DNA from: Alphaproteobacteria bacterium
GTDB taxonomy: Bacteria; Pseudomonadota; Alphaproteobacteria; CAAHEQ01; UBA3637
NCBI GenBank assembly: GCA_017533325.1
Contig: JAFXIF010000024.1
Span: 1 to 56,007, forward strand
Length of the DNA: 56,007 nucleotides
Direction: 5' to 3'
Made by a program: the position numbers and the translations under genes. Positions within the stretch are counted from its first letter, which is position 1. Each line of letters begins with the position of its first letter. This document shows, one piece after another, positions 9,236 to 18,692 of this stretch. The notes under the pieces were generated by a model. It saw nothing but the letters and a program-made list of their open reading frames with translations. It made no database searches and was not told the origin of the DNA.

Positions 9236-11542
9236 TTAACAATGTTGATTTTCAAAAGAAATATAATATCCCTTGTTTTTATTTTGTTGTGTGGCGATTT
9301 TTTCTTTTTTCAAATCATCGCTCTTACTGTTTAGATTGCGAGAGTCAACATCTTTCACAACACCTTTTGATGAAGCTGTTGTGAAAGAAAACAACTCTTC
9401 AGGAACAGAAGTTGCATTTTCTGTTCCGGCTGTATTTATCCAACCAGTTATTTTTTTGGGCTCCCATTCCCAATGCGAAAGTTTGAAACCTTCTTCAAAA
9501 GAGATATTCCCATCAACGATAACACCACTTAAATCGGGTAGTTCATCCCCATATTCTGTGTCGCAATTTATTAAAATATTTTGTTTGACAACAAAATTTT
9601 CTGGTAAGTTAAAAAAGTTATAAATACGGCCTTCTTGCTTAAATAATGGATACATAAATTGAAGTTTAGGATTGTTGTTAGAAAGAACAAAACCTTCTTT
9701 TGGAATTTTAAAATCTTTGCTTGCATAACACAAAGCCCTACCATACACCTTGGGTAATTCATCCAACATACTTAAATTGGTAAGAGAAAACGAAAAATCC
9801 CCACCAATGTTTTTAGGACACCCAATTAAACTTTTAAGGTTTTTAGCTCCCTCAATACAAAAGGAATCTTCAACAATTGTATTTTCAGCTTCTAATCTTT
9901 TTAAATTTTTGCAATTTTTAGCCGAAAATTCACCAACTTTTTTTGCTAATCCTTTTAAAGTGACAAGTTCGGGGCAGCAATCAACGTTATACTCATCCCC
10001 AACACATTTTGGACCTCCCTCTAGCGATTTAATGAGTGTTAAACTAGCATTAAAATCATAAGAAACAACTGAAGGTGAATTTTTCAAACTCTCAAGAGGA
10101 TTGTTGTAACAATAGAAATGTGGTACGATATAGTTTGAAAAGTTTGGTAATGTTTTTAATTTTAAATCATGTAAACTAATATCTTCTTGAATAACAAGCG
10201 AAGTATTTCGTTTTTTAACATTGATACCATAATTGGTTAACCAGCTTTCCACATCCGTGTTTTGTATTGCATAACGCCATGTTGGAGAATAAAATTGACG
10301 TGGTTGTCTATAAAAAGGCTCATTTTCATTTCTGTTATCAAAAACTTCTTCGGCTATTTTCGAAACAACATCTTTAAATTCAAATGAAAAACGCCCATAA
10401 ATATTGTCTTGATTATAAAAAACATGAGTTGAATCATTTGCTCCATAAAATGGTTTTAAAAGAATTCTTGAAATTGCTTTATAAGGATTTTTTGAATTAT
10501 ATCCGTAGGCAACGATTGCCCCTCTTCCAATATAAGAAGGCATATATTTATACTCACCGCAACCATCATCTACAGGCTCCATGCAAGACCACCAATCAAC
10601 ATAACCAGCCATATTGGCAATATCATAAGCTTTTTTTGAAAACATAATTAAATCAATTGGCGTTTCTTCTTTGCTTTCAAAATCTTTTCTATCCCTTTCT
10701 GCTTCAAACTGATATTTTTTTAAAGTGCCTGATAATTCATTTATTTCATTTGTTAAGTGGGTTACTAAATCATTCAAAGAATCCTCTTTGGATAATTGAC
10801 ACATTTTATCTTTCAAAACATAAAAAACAAATGGATTAACCTTTATTTTCTTTTGAGGTGTCACAGAAGCATCTTTTTGATATTGTACAATCCCCTCTTT
10901 TTGATTGTTAATTTCAAGAACAACAGTGGATAAGCTTTCTGTCGCAAATTCAGCAAGTTGTTTTTTGGCACGTTCAAATGCTTTGATTTGTTGCATTAAA
11001 AAACGCCCTGCAGATATAGAATTATTATTCAACCCTTTATCCACCCTTTCTAATACCATTTTATAGGTGTTAGGCAAAATCTCATTGTATTTTTGAATAA
11101 ACTGGTTAAAAATAGAGGTTAATGAGCCTTGTTCTTCTACTTTGAAAAACACTCTTTCAGTATCATTGAAACACGCTGGATAATAAGGATTTACCTTATC
11201 TCTTAGATTTAATCCATAGTCAATTGCATCTTCTATTTCATCTTTATAAATATCCCACTCTTTTTTAATCTTTATTGCTTTTTCTTCAATATTCTCATTA
11301 TTGTTAAACGCATCAAAAATCTCTTTTATTCCAGAAAATGTTTTCATTTTATTTCTGTTAAAAAGATGCGAAGCAATCAATAAATCATAAATTACTTCTT
11401 CAAGATGAGCTTGATCTTTTGGTGATATATTAGATTGTGATTGAGAAAAAGAGCTTATATATTGTTGAGATTGTTCTTTTAACCTTTGATGAAATGAAGA
11501 AAAAAGATTTGTTATTTCTTTTTCATTTAATGCTTGGTACAT
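9236..11542 (-). CDS. Large (768 aa) protein with a C-terminal array of ~21-23-aa leucine-rich-repeat-like units. Candidate host-interaction effector.
   Basis: Start moved to the ATG at 11542, which has a GGAGG Shine-Dalgarno site 5 nt upstream. Repeats of the form L.SL.G.P..VGG.F occur from about aa 470-625 of the track ORF. No signal peptide and no recognisable enzymatic motif. Confidence 0.6.
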   Translation of the reverse strand: MYQALNEKEITNLFSSFHQRLKEQSQQYISSFSQSQSNISPKDQAHLEEVIYDLLIASHLFNRNKMKTFSGIKEIFDAFNNNENIEEKAIKIKKEWDIYKDEIEDAIDYGLNLRDKVNPYYPACFNDTERVFFKVEEQGSLTSIFNQFIQKYNEILPNTYKMVLERVDKGLNNNSISAGRFLMQQIKAFERAKKQLAEFATESLSTVVLEINNQKEGIVQYQKDASVTPQKKIKVNPFVFYVLKDKMCQLSKEDSLNDLVTHLTNEINELSGTLKKYQFEAERDRKDFESKEETPIDLIMFSKKAYDIANMAGYVDWWSCMEPVDDGCGEYKYMPSYIGRGAIVAYGYNSKNPYKAISRILLKPFYGANDSTHVFYNQDNIYGRFSFEFKDVVSKIAEEVFDNRNENEPFYRQPRQFYSPTWRYAIQNTDVESWLTNYGINVKKRNTSLVIQEDISLHDLKLKTLPNFSNYIVPHFYCYNNPLESLKNSPSVVSYDFNASLTLIKSLEGGPKCVGDEYNVDCCPELVTLKGLAKKVGEFSAKNCKNLKRLEAENTIVEDSFCIEGAKNLKSLIGCPKNIGGDFSFSLTNLSMLDELPKVYGRALCYASKDFKIPKEGFVLSNNNPKLQFMYPLFKQEGRIYNFFNLPENFVVKQNILINCDTEYGDELPDLSGVIVDGNISFEEGFKLSHWEWEPKKITGWINTAGTENATSVPEELFSFTTASSKGVVKDVDSRNLNSKSDDLKKEKIATQQNKNKGYYISFENQHC

Positions 11543-11711
11543 AAAACCTCCTATTATCCTTGAATACAGCAATAGTACCATAAAAACATAAATTTGTCAA
11601 TAATTTTTATTAAAGTGAATTTATTTAAAATATTTAATAAATTATCTTGCTTCTTTTTTTGTTTACTGATATAGTGCTGATAAAATTTATTAGTTTAAGA
11701 AAGGATAAAAA

Positions 11712-13391
11712 ATGGCGTCATATCAATATATTTATGTGATGAAAGATTTGTGTAAAACATTTCCTGGTGGAAAAGAGGTGTTAAAACACATTTGGCTTAG
11801 CTTTTTCCCAGGGGCAAAAATCGGGGTGATTGGTCCGAATGGTGCCGGTAAATCAACGCTTATTAAAATTATGGCCGGATTAGACCAAGATTTCACAGGC
11901 GAAGCTTTTGCAGCTGATGGTGTGAAAGTCGGATATTTACCGCAAGAACCACAACTTGATCCGAATAAAGACGTGATGGGAAATATTATGGACGGTGTTG
12001 GGGAAATCAGAGATTTACTCGCCCGTTTTGAAGAAGTGAATATGAAATTTGCCGATCCGGATGCGGATATGGATGCTCTTTTAATGGAACAAGCCGAATT
12101 GCAAGAAAAAATTGATGCTTGTAACGGATGGGAACTTGAACGCACCATTGAAATTGCAATGGATGCGCTTCGTTGTCCGCCGGCAGATGCGGATGTAACA
12201 AAACTTTCGGGTGGGGAAAAGCGCCGTGTAGCTTTATGTCGTTTGTTGCTTTCAAAACCGGATATGCTTTTACTTGACGAACCGACGAACCACTTGGATG
12301 CTGAATCCGTTGCTTGGTTGCAAGTCTTCTTGAAAAATTATACTGGCACCGTTGTGATGGTAACGCACGACAGATATTTCCTTGACAATGTAACCGGTTG
12401 GATTTTGGAAATGGACAGGGGTGAAGGTATCCCGTTTGAAGGAAACTATACAAGTTGGTTAGAGCAAAAGCAAAAACGCATGGAGCAAGAGCAAAATGCG
12501 GATAACAACCGTCAAAAAACATTGAAAGAAGAACTTGAATGGGTGCGCCAATCACCAAAAGCAAGACAAGCCAAATCAAAAGCCCGTATCACGGCTTATG
12601 AAGAGCTTTTGAAAAAATCGCAAGAAAGAGAAAAAGCTCCTGAAGTGGCGCAAATTATCATTCCGGCCGGACCAAGATTAGGGCAAGTTGTTTTGGAAGC
12701 CGAGAACCTTACAAAAGCATTTGGAGATAAATTATTATTTGAAAATTTATCATTTAAATTGCCGGCCGGTGGTATTGTTGGGATTATCGGTCCGAATGGT
12801 GCCGGTAAAACAACATTGATGAAAATTATCACCGGACAAGAAACGCCTGATAGTGGAACATTCCGTGTGGGTGAAACGGTGTCTTTAGGTTATGTTGACC
12901 AATCAAGAGATGCTTTGGATGATAATAAAACAGTTTGGCAGGAAATTTCCGAAGGAAAAGATATTTTAACTTTGGGTAAACGCGAAGTTAATTCTCGCGG
13001 TTATGTCTCTCAATTCAATTTTAAAGGGCCGGATCAACAAAAGAAAGTCGGGCAACTTTCAGGGGGTGAACGTAACCGTGTTCACATGGCAAAAATGTTA
13101 AAACAAGGCGCCAATGTTCTGTTGCTTGACGAACCGACCAATGATTTAGATGTGGATACATTGCGAGCCCTTGAAGAAGCGTTGATGAATTTCCCGGGAT
13201 GTGCTGTTATTACTTCTCACGACCGTTGGTTTTTAGATCGTTTGGCAACGCATATTCTTGCCTTTGAAGGGGATAGCCAGGTTGTTTATTTTGAAGGAAA
13301 TTATGAAGAATATGAAGCAGACAGAAAGCGCCGTTTAGGGGCGGATGCCGATCAACCGCATCGTATTAAATATAAACCGATTACAAGATAG
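11712..13391 (+). CDS. ettA: Energy-dependent translational throttle protein EttA (ABC-F ATPase)
   Basis: Two ABC cassettes (GPNGAGKST twice, LSGGEKRRV and [17 protein letters not shown] twice). The YIYVMKDL...[11 protein letters not shown]-terminus is typical of EttA/YjjK. Confidence 0.9.
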   Translation: MASYQYIYVMKDLCKTFPGGKEVLKHIWLSFFPGAKIGVIGPNGAGKSTLIKIMAGLDQDFTGEAFAADGVKVGYLPQEPQLDPNKDVMGNIMDGVGEIRDLLARFEEVNMKFADPDADMDALLMEQAELQEKIDACNGWELERTIEIAMDALRCPPADADVTKLSGGEKRRVALCRLLLSKPDMLLLDEPTNHLDAESVAWLQVFLKNYTGTVVMVTHDRYFLDNVTGWILEMDRGEGIPFEGNYTSWLEQKQKRMEQEQNADNNRQKTLKEELEWVRQSPKARQAKSKARITAYEELLKKSQEREKAPEVAQIIIPAGPRLGQVVLEAENLTKAFGDKLLFENLSFKLPAGGIVGIIGPNGAGKTTLMKIITGQETPDSGTFRVGETVSLGYVDQSRDALDDNKTVWQEISEGKDILTLGKREVNSRGYVSQFNFKGPDQQKKVGQLSGGERNRVHMAKMLKQGANVLLLDEPTNDLDVDTLRALEEALMNFPGCAVITSHDRWFLDRLATHILAFEGDSQVVYFEGNYEEYEADRKRRLGADADQPHRIKYKPITR

Positions 13392-13402
13392 GTTTGATAA
13401 GT

Positions 13403-13432
13403 AAAAAAGCGCTGATTTTTCGGCGCTTTTTT
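13403..13432 (+). terminator. Rho-independent terminator of ettA
   Basis: Hairpin gcgctg/cggcgc with a T6 run, 12 nt after the stop codon. Confidence 0.6.
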
Positions 13433-13458
13433 AATCCGGTTTCATCCTATATTTTATC

Positions 13459-13602
13459 TTATAAAAAGAAAATTGCTGGAAAATTCCAATAGTTTCTTTT
13501 TTTTAGAGGAGCTAAAAAAGATTCGTAATCTCTTTGGGCATTCGTATGTGCTTGTTCGGTAAAGTCAAGAATCTCAACTTGTTGTGTTCTTGATTCTGGC
13601 AT
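13459..13602 (-). CDS. Possible 47-aa small protein (MPESRTQQVEILDFTEQAHTNAQRDYESFLAPLKKRNYWNFPAIFFL)
   Basis: Below the ORF-track size cutoff. An AGGGAGA Shine-Dalgarno-like site lies 5-6 nt upstream of the ATG. It sits in an otherwise empty 338-bp gap. No homology recognised. Confidence 0.25.
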   Translation of the reverse strand: MPESRTQQVEILDFTEQAHTNAQRDYESFLAPLKKRNYWNFPAIFFL

Positions 13603-13729
13603 TTTTTGTCTCCCTAAAAAAATTAAATTAACACATAACCTATAAAAGCATTGTGGTCATAAAAAAACAGTAAAGTCAATCATTTTTTTTGAGATAACAC
13701 ATTTTATTTAAAATAAAATATTTCAAATT

Positions 13730-14851
13730 TTATTTTTCGACTTTTGAAAATGTTTTTTGAACTTTCACATCAAAAAAATCATCCGTGAAAACTTTCTTTA
13801 ATGTCTTAAAAAAGGCCTCCCGATAATGATATTTTATAGGCTTTTTCTTTTTGTTTTGAACTTTTAAAATGGTTTCTTCAATTTTTGAAAGGTCGTTTAA
13901 ATGATAGAAATCTTTTAAATTTAAATGTTCAAATCTGTTGTTTTGGCGACAGCCGATATCAATAACCGGAACTTGATAAAATGGGGCTTCTTTGATGCCA
14001 CAAGATGAATTCCCAATCAAAAAATCGGCATTTTTTAATACATAATTAAAGGCATTGAATGAAAAAGATTTAATGAAATGAAATTTTTCATTGGTTGCAT
14101 ATTTTTGATAGGTCTTTAAAATAATTTCGGAACCCAAATCATTGTTCGGTAAAATAACAACATAATCTTTTTCGCTTTTGTCTAATGCACTCATTAAAGA
14201 ATTGATTTCTTCTTTCAATATTTTTTTATCAAGTGTTGTTACCGGATGATAAATTAAAACGCCGTAATTTTTATATGAATTTAAAAGGGAAAGTTCCTTT
14301 TTTGTCGGATCTTCAATTTTAAAAGCAAGTGAGGAATTGCCTGTAATGAAAATAGAGTCTTCTTTTTCGCCCATTTGAAGGAGCGTTTGTTTTGCCCTTT
14401 CGTCAGCTACCAAAAAACGGTGAGATAGTTTGCTTGTTGCATGGCGGATTAATTCATCAACCGAACCGGAAAAATCGCCGGCTTCAATGTGGCAAACGGG
14501 AATGTTATTAAAAACGGCGGCTTGGGTGGCGGCTAAAACTTCCGGCCGGTCTCCATGAACAAAAACAAAATCAATTTTATCTTTTTTAAGGTGTTTGTCA
14601 TAAGTTTTTAAAATATGTGCTGTTTCCAATGCGGTTGAAGTCGGTTTAAATTTTTTATCCGTTCTGACAATGCATTTTTTCTTTAGGTCGCTCTTAATGA
14701 ATTTATAAGTTGAGCCATATTTTTTAAGCATATTCATGCCGGTTGTGAACACAAAAACTTTTTTATTTTCCTGATTGCATAAAAAATCAATATACGGCTT
14801 GATTTTTCCATAGTCCGCCCGTGTTCCGGAAATAAATGAAATGTTTGTCAT
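13730..14851 (-). CDS. neuC: UDP-N-acetylglucosamine 2-epimerase (hydrolysing), NeuC/LegG family
   Basis: GTRADYGK N-terminus, an HGDRPE block and HIEAGD, typical of NeuC-type epimerases. ATGA overlap with neuB. Confidence 0.8.
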   Translation of the reverse strand: MTNISFISGTRADYGKIKPYIDFLCNQENKKVFVFTTGMNMLKKYGSTYKFIKSDLKKKCIVRTDKKFKPTSTALETAHILKTYDKHLKKDKIDFVFVHGDRPEVLAATQAAVFNNIPVCHIEAGDFSGSVDELIRHATSKLSHRFLVADERAKQTLLQMGEKEDSIFITGNSSLAFKIEDPTKKELSLLNSYKNYGVLIYHPVTTLDKKILKEEINSLMSALDKSEKDYVVILPNNDLGSEIILKTYQKYATNEKFHFIKSFSFNAFNYVLKNADFLIGNSSCGIKEAPFYQVPVIDIGCRQNNRFEHLNLKDFYHLNDLSKIEETILKVQNKKKKPIKYHYREAFFKTLKKVFTDDFFDVKVQKTFSKVEK

Positions 14852-15891
14852 TTTTCAATATCGCTCCATTCGAAATGAGCTCCTTTTGAAATGGGATTGA
14901 TGGTTTTTTTGCCAATTACCAAATCCATATCGGATGCTAAAATTCCTTTTAAATAAGGGCGTTTGGTATCAAATAATTCTCTGGTTAAAACCGTCCCGCT
15001 TGGAATATCATTTTTTGCAACCAGTGTTGAAAAAGCAAATTCAATTGTGACTTGTTCTTCTTTGGCAGCTTCTTTTTTCCCACCGCGCATTTTTTGGACT
15101 TCTTTGCTTTGAAGAATTAATTCAGCGCATTCTTTAATATCCATTGAACAAATAATATCTTCGCCTTTTCTTTCATTTGTATCCGTAAAATGGCGTTCCA
15201 AAACGCTGGCTCCTAAAGCAACGGCGGATAAACAGGCTAAATTATTTAAACTATGATCCGATAAGCCGATAATGGCATTAGGGAATTCTTTTTTGATTTC
15301 TTCCAATGCGCCCAAACGAATTAAATGGCTTGGTGTCGGATAAAGGTTTGTTGTGTGCATGATAACATAATTTTTGTGATATTTTTCAATGGCCGCAACT
15401 GCTTTTTTCACACTTTCAATATCATTCATGCCTGTTGATAAAATAATTGGTTTATGAAAAGAGGCGATATATTCAACGAAATCGTAATTGTTCATTTCTC
15501 CGGAACCGATTTTAAAAGCCGGCACATCCATTTTTTTTAATCTGTCAGCCGCTGCAAAAGAAAATGGTGTTGAAATAAAAATCATGCCGAGTTCTTCGGT
15601 ATATCTTTTCATTTCAATTTCATCTTCTTCACTTAATGCGCATCGAGCCATAATATCATAAATTGAAAAACTTGAATTACCTGGGATGGCTTTTTTGGCA
15701 AGTTGACTCATCTCTTCATCGGGAATATGTGTTTGATGTTTAACGATTTCGGCACCGGCTTCTTTTGCTGCTCTAACTAATTTTTTTGCTTCTTCTAATG
15801 ACCCATTATGGTTAATGCCGATTTCAGCGATTACCAGTGGCGCATAGTCAAGACCGATTTTTCGACCCTTAATTTCAATATATGGGTTCAT
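14848..15891 (-). CDS. neuB: N-acetylneuraminate (nonulosonate) synthase, NeuB/LegI/PseI family, with C-terminal SAF domain
   Basis: IAEIGINHNGSLEEAK...AGAEIVKHQTH motif. AGGAGG Shine-Dalgarno site. 347 aa. Confidence 0.85.
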   Translation of the reverse strand: MNPYIEIKGRKIGLDYAPLVIAEIGINHNGSLEEAKKLVRAAKEAGAEIVKHQTHIPDEEMSQLAKKAIPGNSSFSIYDIMARCALSEEDEIEMKRYTEELGMIFISTPFSFAAADRLKKMDVPAFKIGSGEMNNYDFVEYIASFHKPIILSTGMNDIESVKKAVAAIEKYHKNYVIMHTTNLYPTPSHLIRLGALEEIKKEFPNAIIGLSDHSLNNLACLSAVALGASVLERHFTDTNERKGEDIICSMDIKECAELILQSKEVQKMRGGKKEAAKEEQVTIEFAFSTLVAKNDIPSGTVLTRELFDTKRPYLKGILASDMDLVIGKKTINPISKGAHFEWSDIEK

Positions 15892-16031
15892 TTCTTCCTC
15901 CTTTTTTTGTGATATATATGAATTAGCCTAACATTATAAAAAAAGGAATGTCAATTATTTTTCTTTTGTTTTTTTATAATTGTTATTATCCCCTAGAGTT
16001 TTTATTTGTTTATCTTGTCTGTATAAAAAAT

Positions 16032-16060
16032 TTGACAACAATTAAAAAAGATGATATACT
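16032..16060 (+). promoter_or_regulatory. Near-consensus sigma70 promoter
   Basis: TTGACA (16032-16037), a 17-nt spacer and TATACT (16055-16060), about 38 nt upstream of the ATG at 16098. Confidence 0.6.
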
Positions 16061-16097
16061 TCATCCATTGTTTTAATGCTTATATATAGGAGGTAAT

Positions 16098-16748
16098 ATG
16101 ACACCATTAGTCAATAAAGCATTGAAAGTTGCAACTGATTTGCATGGAAATGTTAAATTCGGCAAAAGTTCAACAATGATTAAACAACTTCAAAAAACAT
16201 ATGATATGTTGGATGAATATTCTGAATTAACCGGTGAAGAAAAAGAAATATTGTTGGCTTCTTCTTTGCTTAACAAATGTCATGAGCCAAAACGTATTGA
16301 TACCGAAAATGGTAAACAACCATGGACTGTTAAAGATGTTGAAACACATTTCGGATCAAAAGTTGCCAAAGTTGTCGGTGAATTAATGACAGAACCGGAT
16401 GAACCGGAACACTTAACAAAGATGCAACAATGGGCAATTAAAGCTGATTGGGCAAAAGGGCTTTCATTGGCTGCACAACAAATTTTATTGGCTGAAAAGA
16501 TTATTAATTATCAACAAACAAGAGATGATCCTACGCCAAAATGGTCTGTTGAAAGACATAAAGAATATATGAATTCGCGCCAATTATTGGTAGATGCCGT
16601 GAAAGAGGCAAGTCCAAAGCTTTATGGATTGGCACTTGAAACAAGAGCTCAAGCATTTATTAGTTTGGATAAATTGGCTGAAAGACAAAAAATTTCGGAT
16701 CAAAAGTTGGTTTTGACACCGCGTCAAAGAGGTGAAAACGAAAAATAA
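16098..16748 (+). CDS. MESH1/SpoT-hydrolase-like (small alarmone hydrolase fold) protein with degenerate HD metal site
   Basis: Collinear with the MESH1 layout (..ETHFGSKVAKVVGEL.T....AAQQILLAEKI.N....PKWSVERHKEY..). The expected His, His-Asp and Asp ligands read Q, N-K and E instead. Confidence 0.5.
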   Translation: MTPLVNKALKVATDLHGNVKFGKSSTMIKQLQKTYDMLDEYSELTGEEKEILLASSLLNKCHEPKRIDTENGKQPWTVKDVETHFGSKVAKVVGELMTEPDEPEHLTKMQQWAIKADWAKGLSLAAQQILLAEKIINYQQTRDDPTPKWSVERHKEYMNSRQLLVDAVKEASPKLYGLALETRAQAFISLDKLAERQKISDQKLVLTPRQRGENEK

Positions 16749-16766
16749 GTGTCTTTAAATAAAAAA

Positions 16767-16795
16767 ACAGGTGAGTTTTTTCACCTGTTTTTTTT
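16767..16795 (+). terminator. Rho-independent terminator
   Basis: Perfect 8-bp stem acaggtga/tcacctgt, 6-nt loop, T7 run. Confidence 0.8.
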
Positions 16796-16803
16796 AGTGA
16801 TAA

Positions 16804-17463
16804 ATGGAGAAAAAAGTAATGTCTATTCATAAAATGATTCATTTGGTCAGTGTTAACGAACTAACTGAAGAAGAAATTTTAAAATCAATAGAAGAGGGGA
16901 TTGATACCGATATTAAAGCTGAAAGGGGATTAACCCCTTTGATGGCTGCTTGCAGATGGGGGTGTATGAAAGTTGTTAAAAAACTTGTTGAACTTGGGAA
17001 AGATGTAAATGAAACAAGTGCTCACGGATGTTCCTCTTTGCATTATGCTTGTCTTGGTGGACATCCTGAAATAATCAAATTTTTGTTAAAAAATAAGGCT
17101 GATGTGAATAAAGAAGATATTGCTCAACAAATACCTTTGCATAGTCTTGCCAGTTCAGGAAATGAGGAGTTGATTCTTATTTTATTAGAGGCAGGTTCTG
17201 ATATCCATAAAAGAGATTTTGAGGGAAAAACACCTTTTTTAACGGCGGTTACGGCCGGTAATTATGAAACGGCAAAACTTTTATTTGAAAAAGGGGCAAA
17301 AGGATATAAAAAAGATAAAGCTTATCAAAAAACAATGACCTGTGCTGTTATGAGGGGTGAAAAAATGGTTCAGTTGTTAAAAAAAGCTTATGTATCAAAG
17401 CCAAAAAAAATACTTTCGAAAAAGCCTATCCCATATAACTTAAGAGATCATACAAAAGCTTAA
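16804..17463 (+). CDS. Ankyrin-repeat protein (about 4-5 ANK repeats)
   Basis: Repeats such as GLTPLMAACRWGCMKVVKKLVELGKDVN and GCSSLHYACLGGHPEIIKFLLKNKADVN. The start could alternatively be the ATG at 16819. Confidence 0.85.
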   Translation: MEKKVMSIHKMIHLVSVNELTEEEILKSIEEGIDTDIKAERGLTPLMAACRWGCMKVVKKLVELGKDVNETSAHGCSSLHYACLGGHPEIIKFLLKNKADVNKEDIAQQIPLHSLASSGNEELILILLEAGSDIHKRDFEGKTPFLTAVTAGNYETAKLLFEKGAKGYKKDKAYQKTMTCAVMRGEKMVQLLKKAYVSKPKKILSKKPIPYNLRDHTKA

Positions 17464-17492
17464 AAAAAAAGCCTCTTTTTTGAGGCTTTTTT
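17462..17492. terminator. Bidirectional intrinsic terminator between the ankyrin gene and the porin gene
   Basis: Hairpin gcctc-tttttt-gaggc flanked by an A9 run and a T6 run. Confidence 0.7.
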
Positions 17493-17505
17493 CATTTTTT
17501 ATTTA

Positions 17506-18618
17506 TTAGAAACGGTATCCGATTCCCATAATAAAGGAGGTGCCTTCATTATCTTTTTCGTGTGTTTCGCTGTTTGAATTTAAATGTGATAAAATGCCAT
17601 AAAGTTCAACATTATCTGTTAAATTATACACATTTGACCAGATATATAAAGAGTTTTGATGCCGTGTGTTTGTTGCTTCAGAAAAGAAATAAGCTATATT
17701 CGTTTTAAATTTTTCCCATCCATATCCCATGCTGACATTATAGCTTTCGGATTCTCTGAAATTATCAAAATAAGCCGGTAGATAGGAATTAACTCTTTTT
17801 GTTGAAATCGGGTTTTTTGTTCCGTCGATATAAGCTTTTTTATATCCTGCGCCGATATTAAATGATCCGTAATGATATTGAGAACCAAAAGAAATTTCTT
17901 TATCTGTAGAGTTGAAAACACCGTAACCCAATGAGGTGTAAATTTTTGATTTTTCAGACAAAACGAATTCTTTTTGAGCCCCAAAAGTATAGCCGTCTTC
18001 ATTGGTTTCATAATCAACATATCGGCTGGTTGTTCCGCGTCTGTTTGCATTATGAACGGTATAGGAAGCGCCAAGCTTAAATCCGTTTATCTTTGGTGTA
18101 ATATAGGTTAGTTTAGGGGCTCTGCCATCTGTTAAAATCGCTGTGGCATTTGCGGTGTAATAAGCTGATGATTTAAACCCGCCAGACCAGTTCGGATTAC
18201 TTAAAAAATAGGTTGCATTTGAATCATCAATGCCTAAAAATGTGATATCCGTTGCTCCTTTATGCAATTGATTGGCTGCATTTTTTGTGTATCCGATTTG
18301 AATGATACCCCATTTTGATTCATCTTGCAAATAAGGATAAAACCTGACTTCGCCTTCGGAACGGTCTTTATCATCTTGTCGATACATCAGTGTTGAAGCG
18401 GCATGAACACCGATTTTATGTGTTTCATTGATTTTATAATCAAGCTTTAAAGTGGCATCTGAACGTGTAACGAAACGGGAGGGATATTTATTTTCATATT
18501 TTGTTTCGCTGACACCAAAATAAGCCCCGACAAGACCATGCGCACTCATTTCCCAAGGGCTTGCTTTTGCACTAAACGGAATAAAGAAAATAGCGGAGAG
18601 TAAAAGATATTTTTTCAT
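17506..18618 (-). CDS. Outer-membrane porin (beta-barrel)
   Basis: Signal peptide MKKYLLLSAIFFIPFSAKA, alternating beta-strand pattern, and a C-terminal aromatic end ...GIGYRF. The start was set at the internal ATG, which has a GAGGG Shine-Dalgarno site. Confidence 0.75.
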   Translation of the reverse strand: MKKYLLLSAIFFIPFSAKASPWEMSAHGLVGAYFGVSETKYENKYPSRFVTRSDATLKLDYKINETHKIGVHAASTLMYRQDDKDRSEGEVRFYPYLQDESKWGIIQIGYTKNAANQLHKGATDITFLGIDDSNATYFLSNPNWSGGFKSSAYYTANATAILTDGRAPKLTYITPKINGFKLGASYTVHNANRRGTTSRYVDYETNEDGYTFGAQKEFVLSEKSKIYTSLGYGVFNSTDKEISFGSQYHYGSFNIGAGYKKAYIDGTKNPISTKRVNSYLPAYFDNFRESESYNVSMGYGWEKFKTNIAYFFSEATNTRHQNSLYIWSNVYNLTDNVELYGILSHLNSNSETHEKDNEGTSFIMGIGYRF

Positions 18619-18692
18619 ATTGCCCTCATTAAAAGAATTGAACACTTTCTTTTAATATACAATAATATGTATCCGCGTATCAATAAAAATTT

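Noticed and set aside
11582-11711. AT-only near-palindromes in the divergent intergenic region between the LRR-like gene and ettA, considered as an operator
   Set aside because: The symmetry is imperfect and made only of A/T, in a region where such sequences arise by chance. It is not distinguishable from background.
11732-12832. Three minus-strand ORFs (138, 190 and 78 aa) inside ettA
   Set aside because: They are antisense to a highly conserved ABC-F gene. Their Ser/Pro/Gly-rich composition is typical of reverse-frame artefacts.
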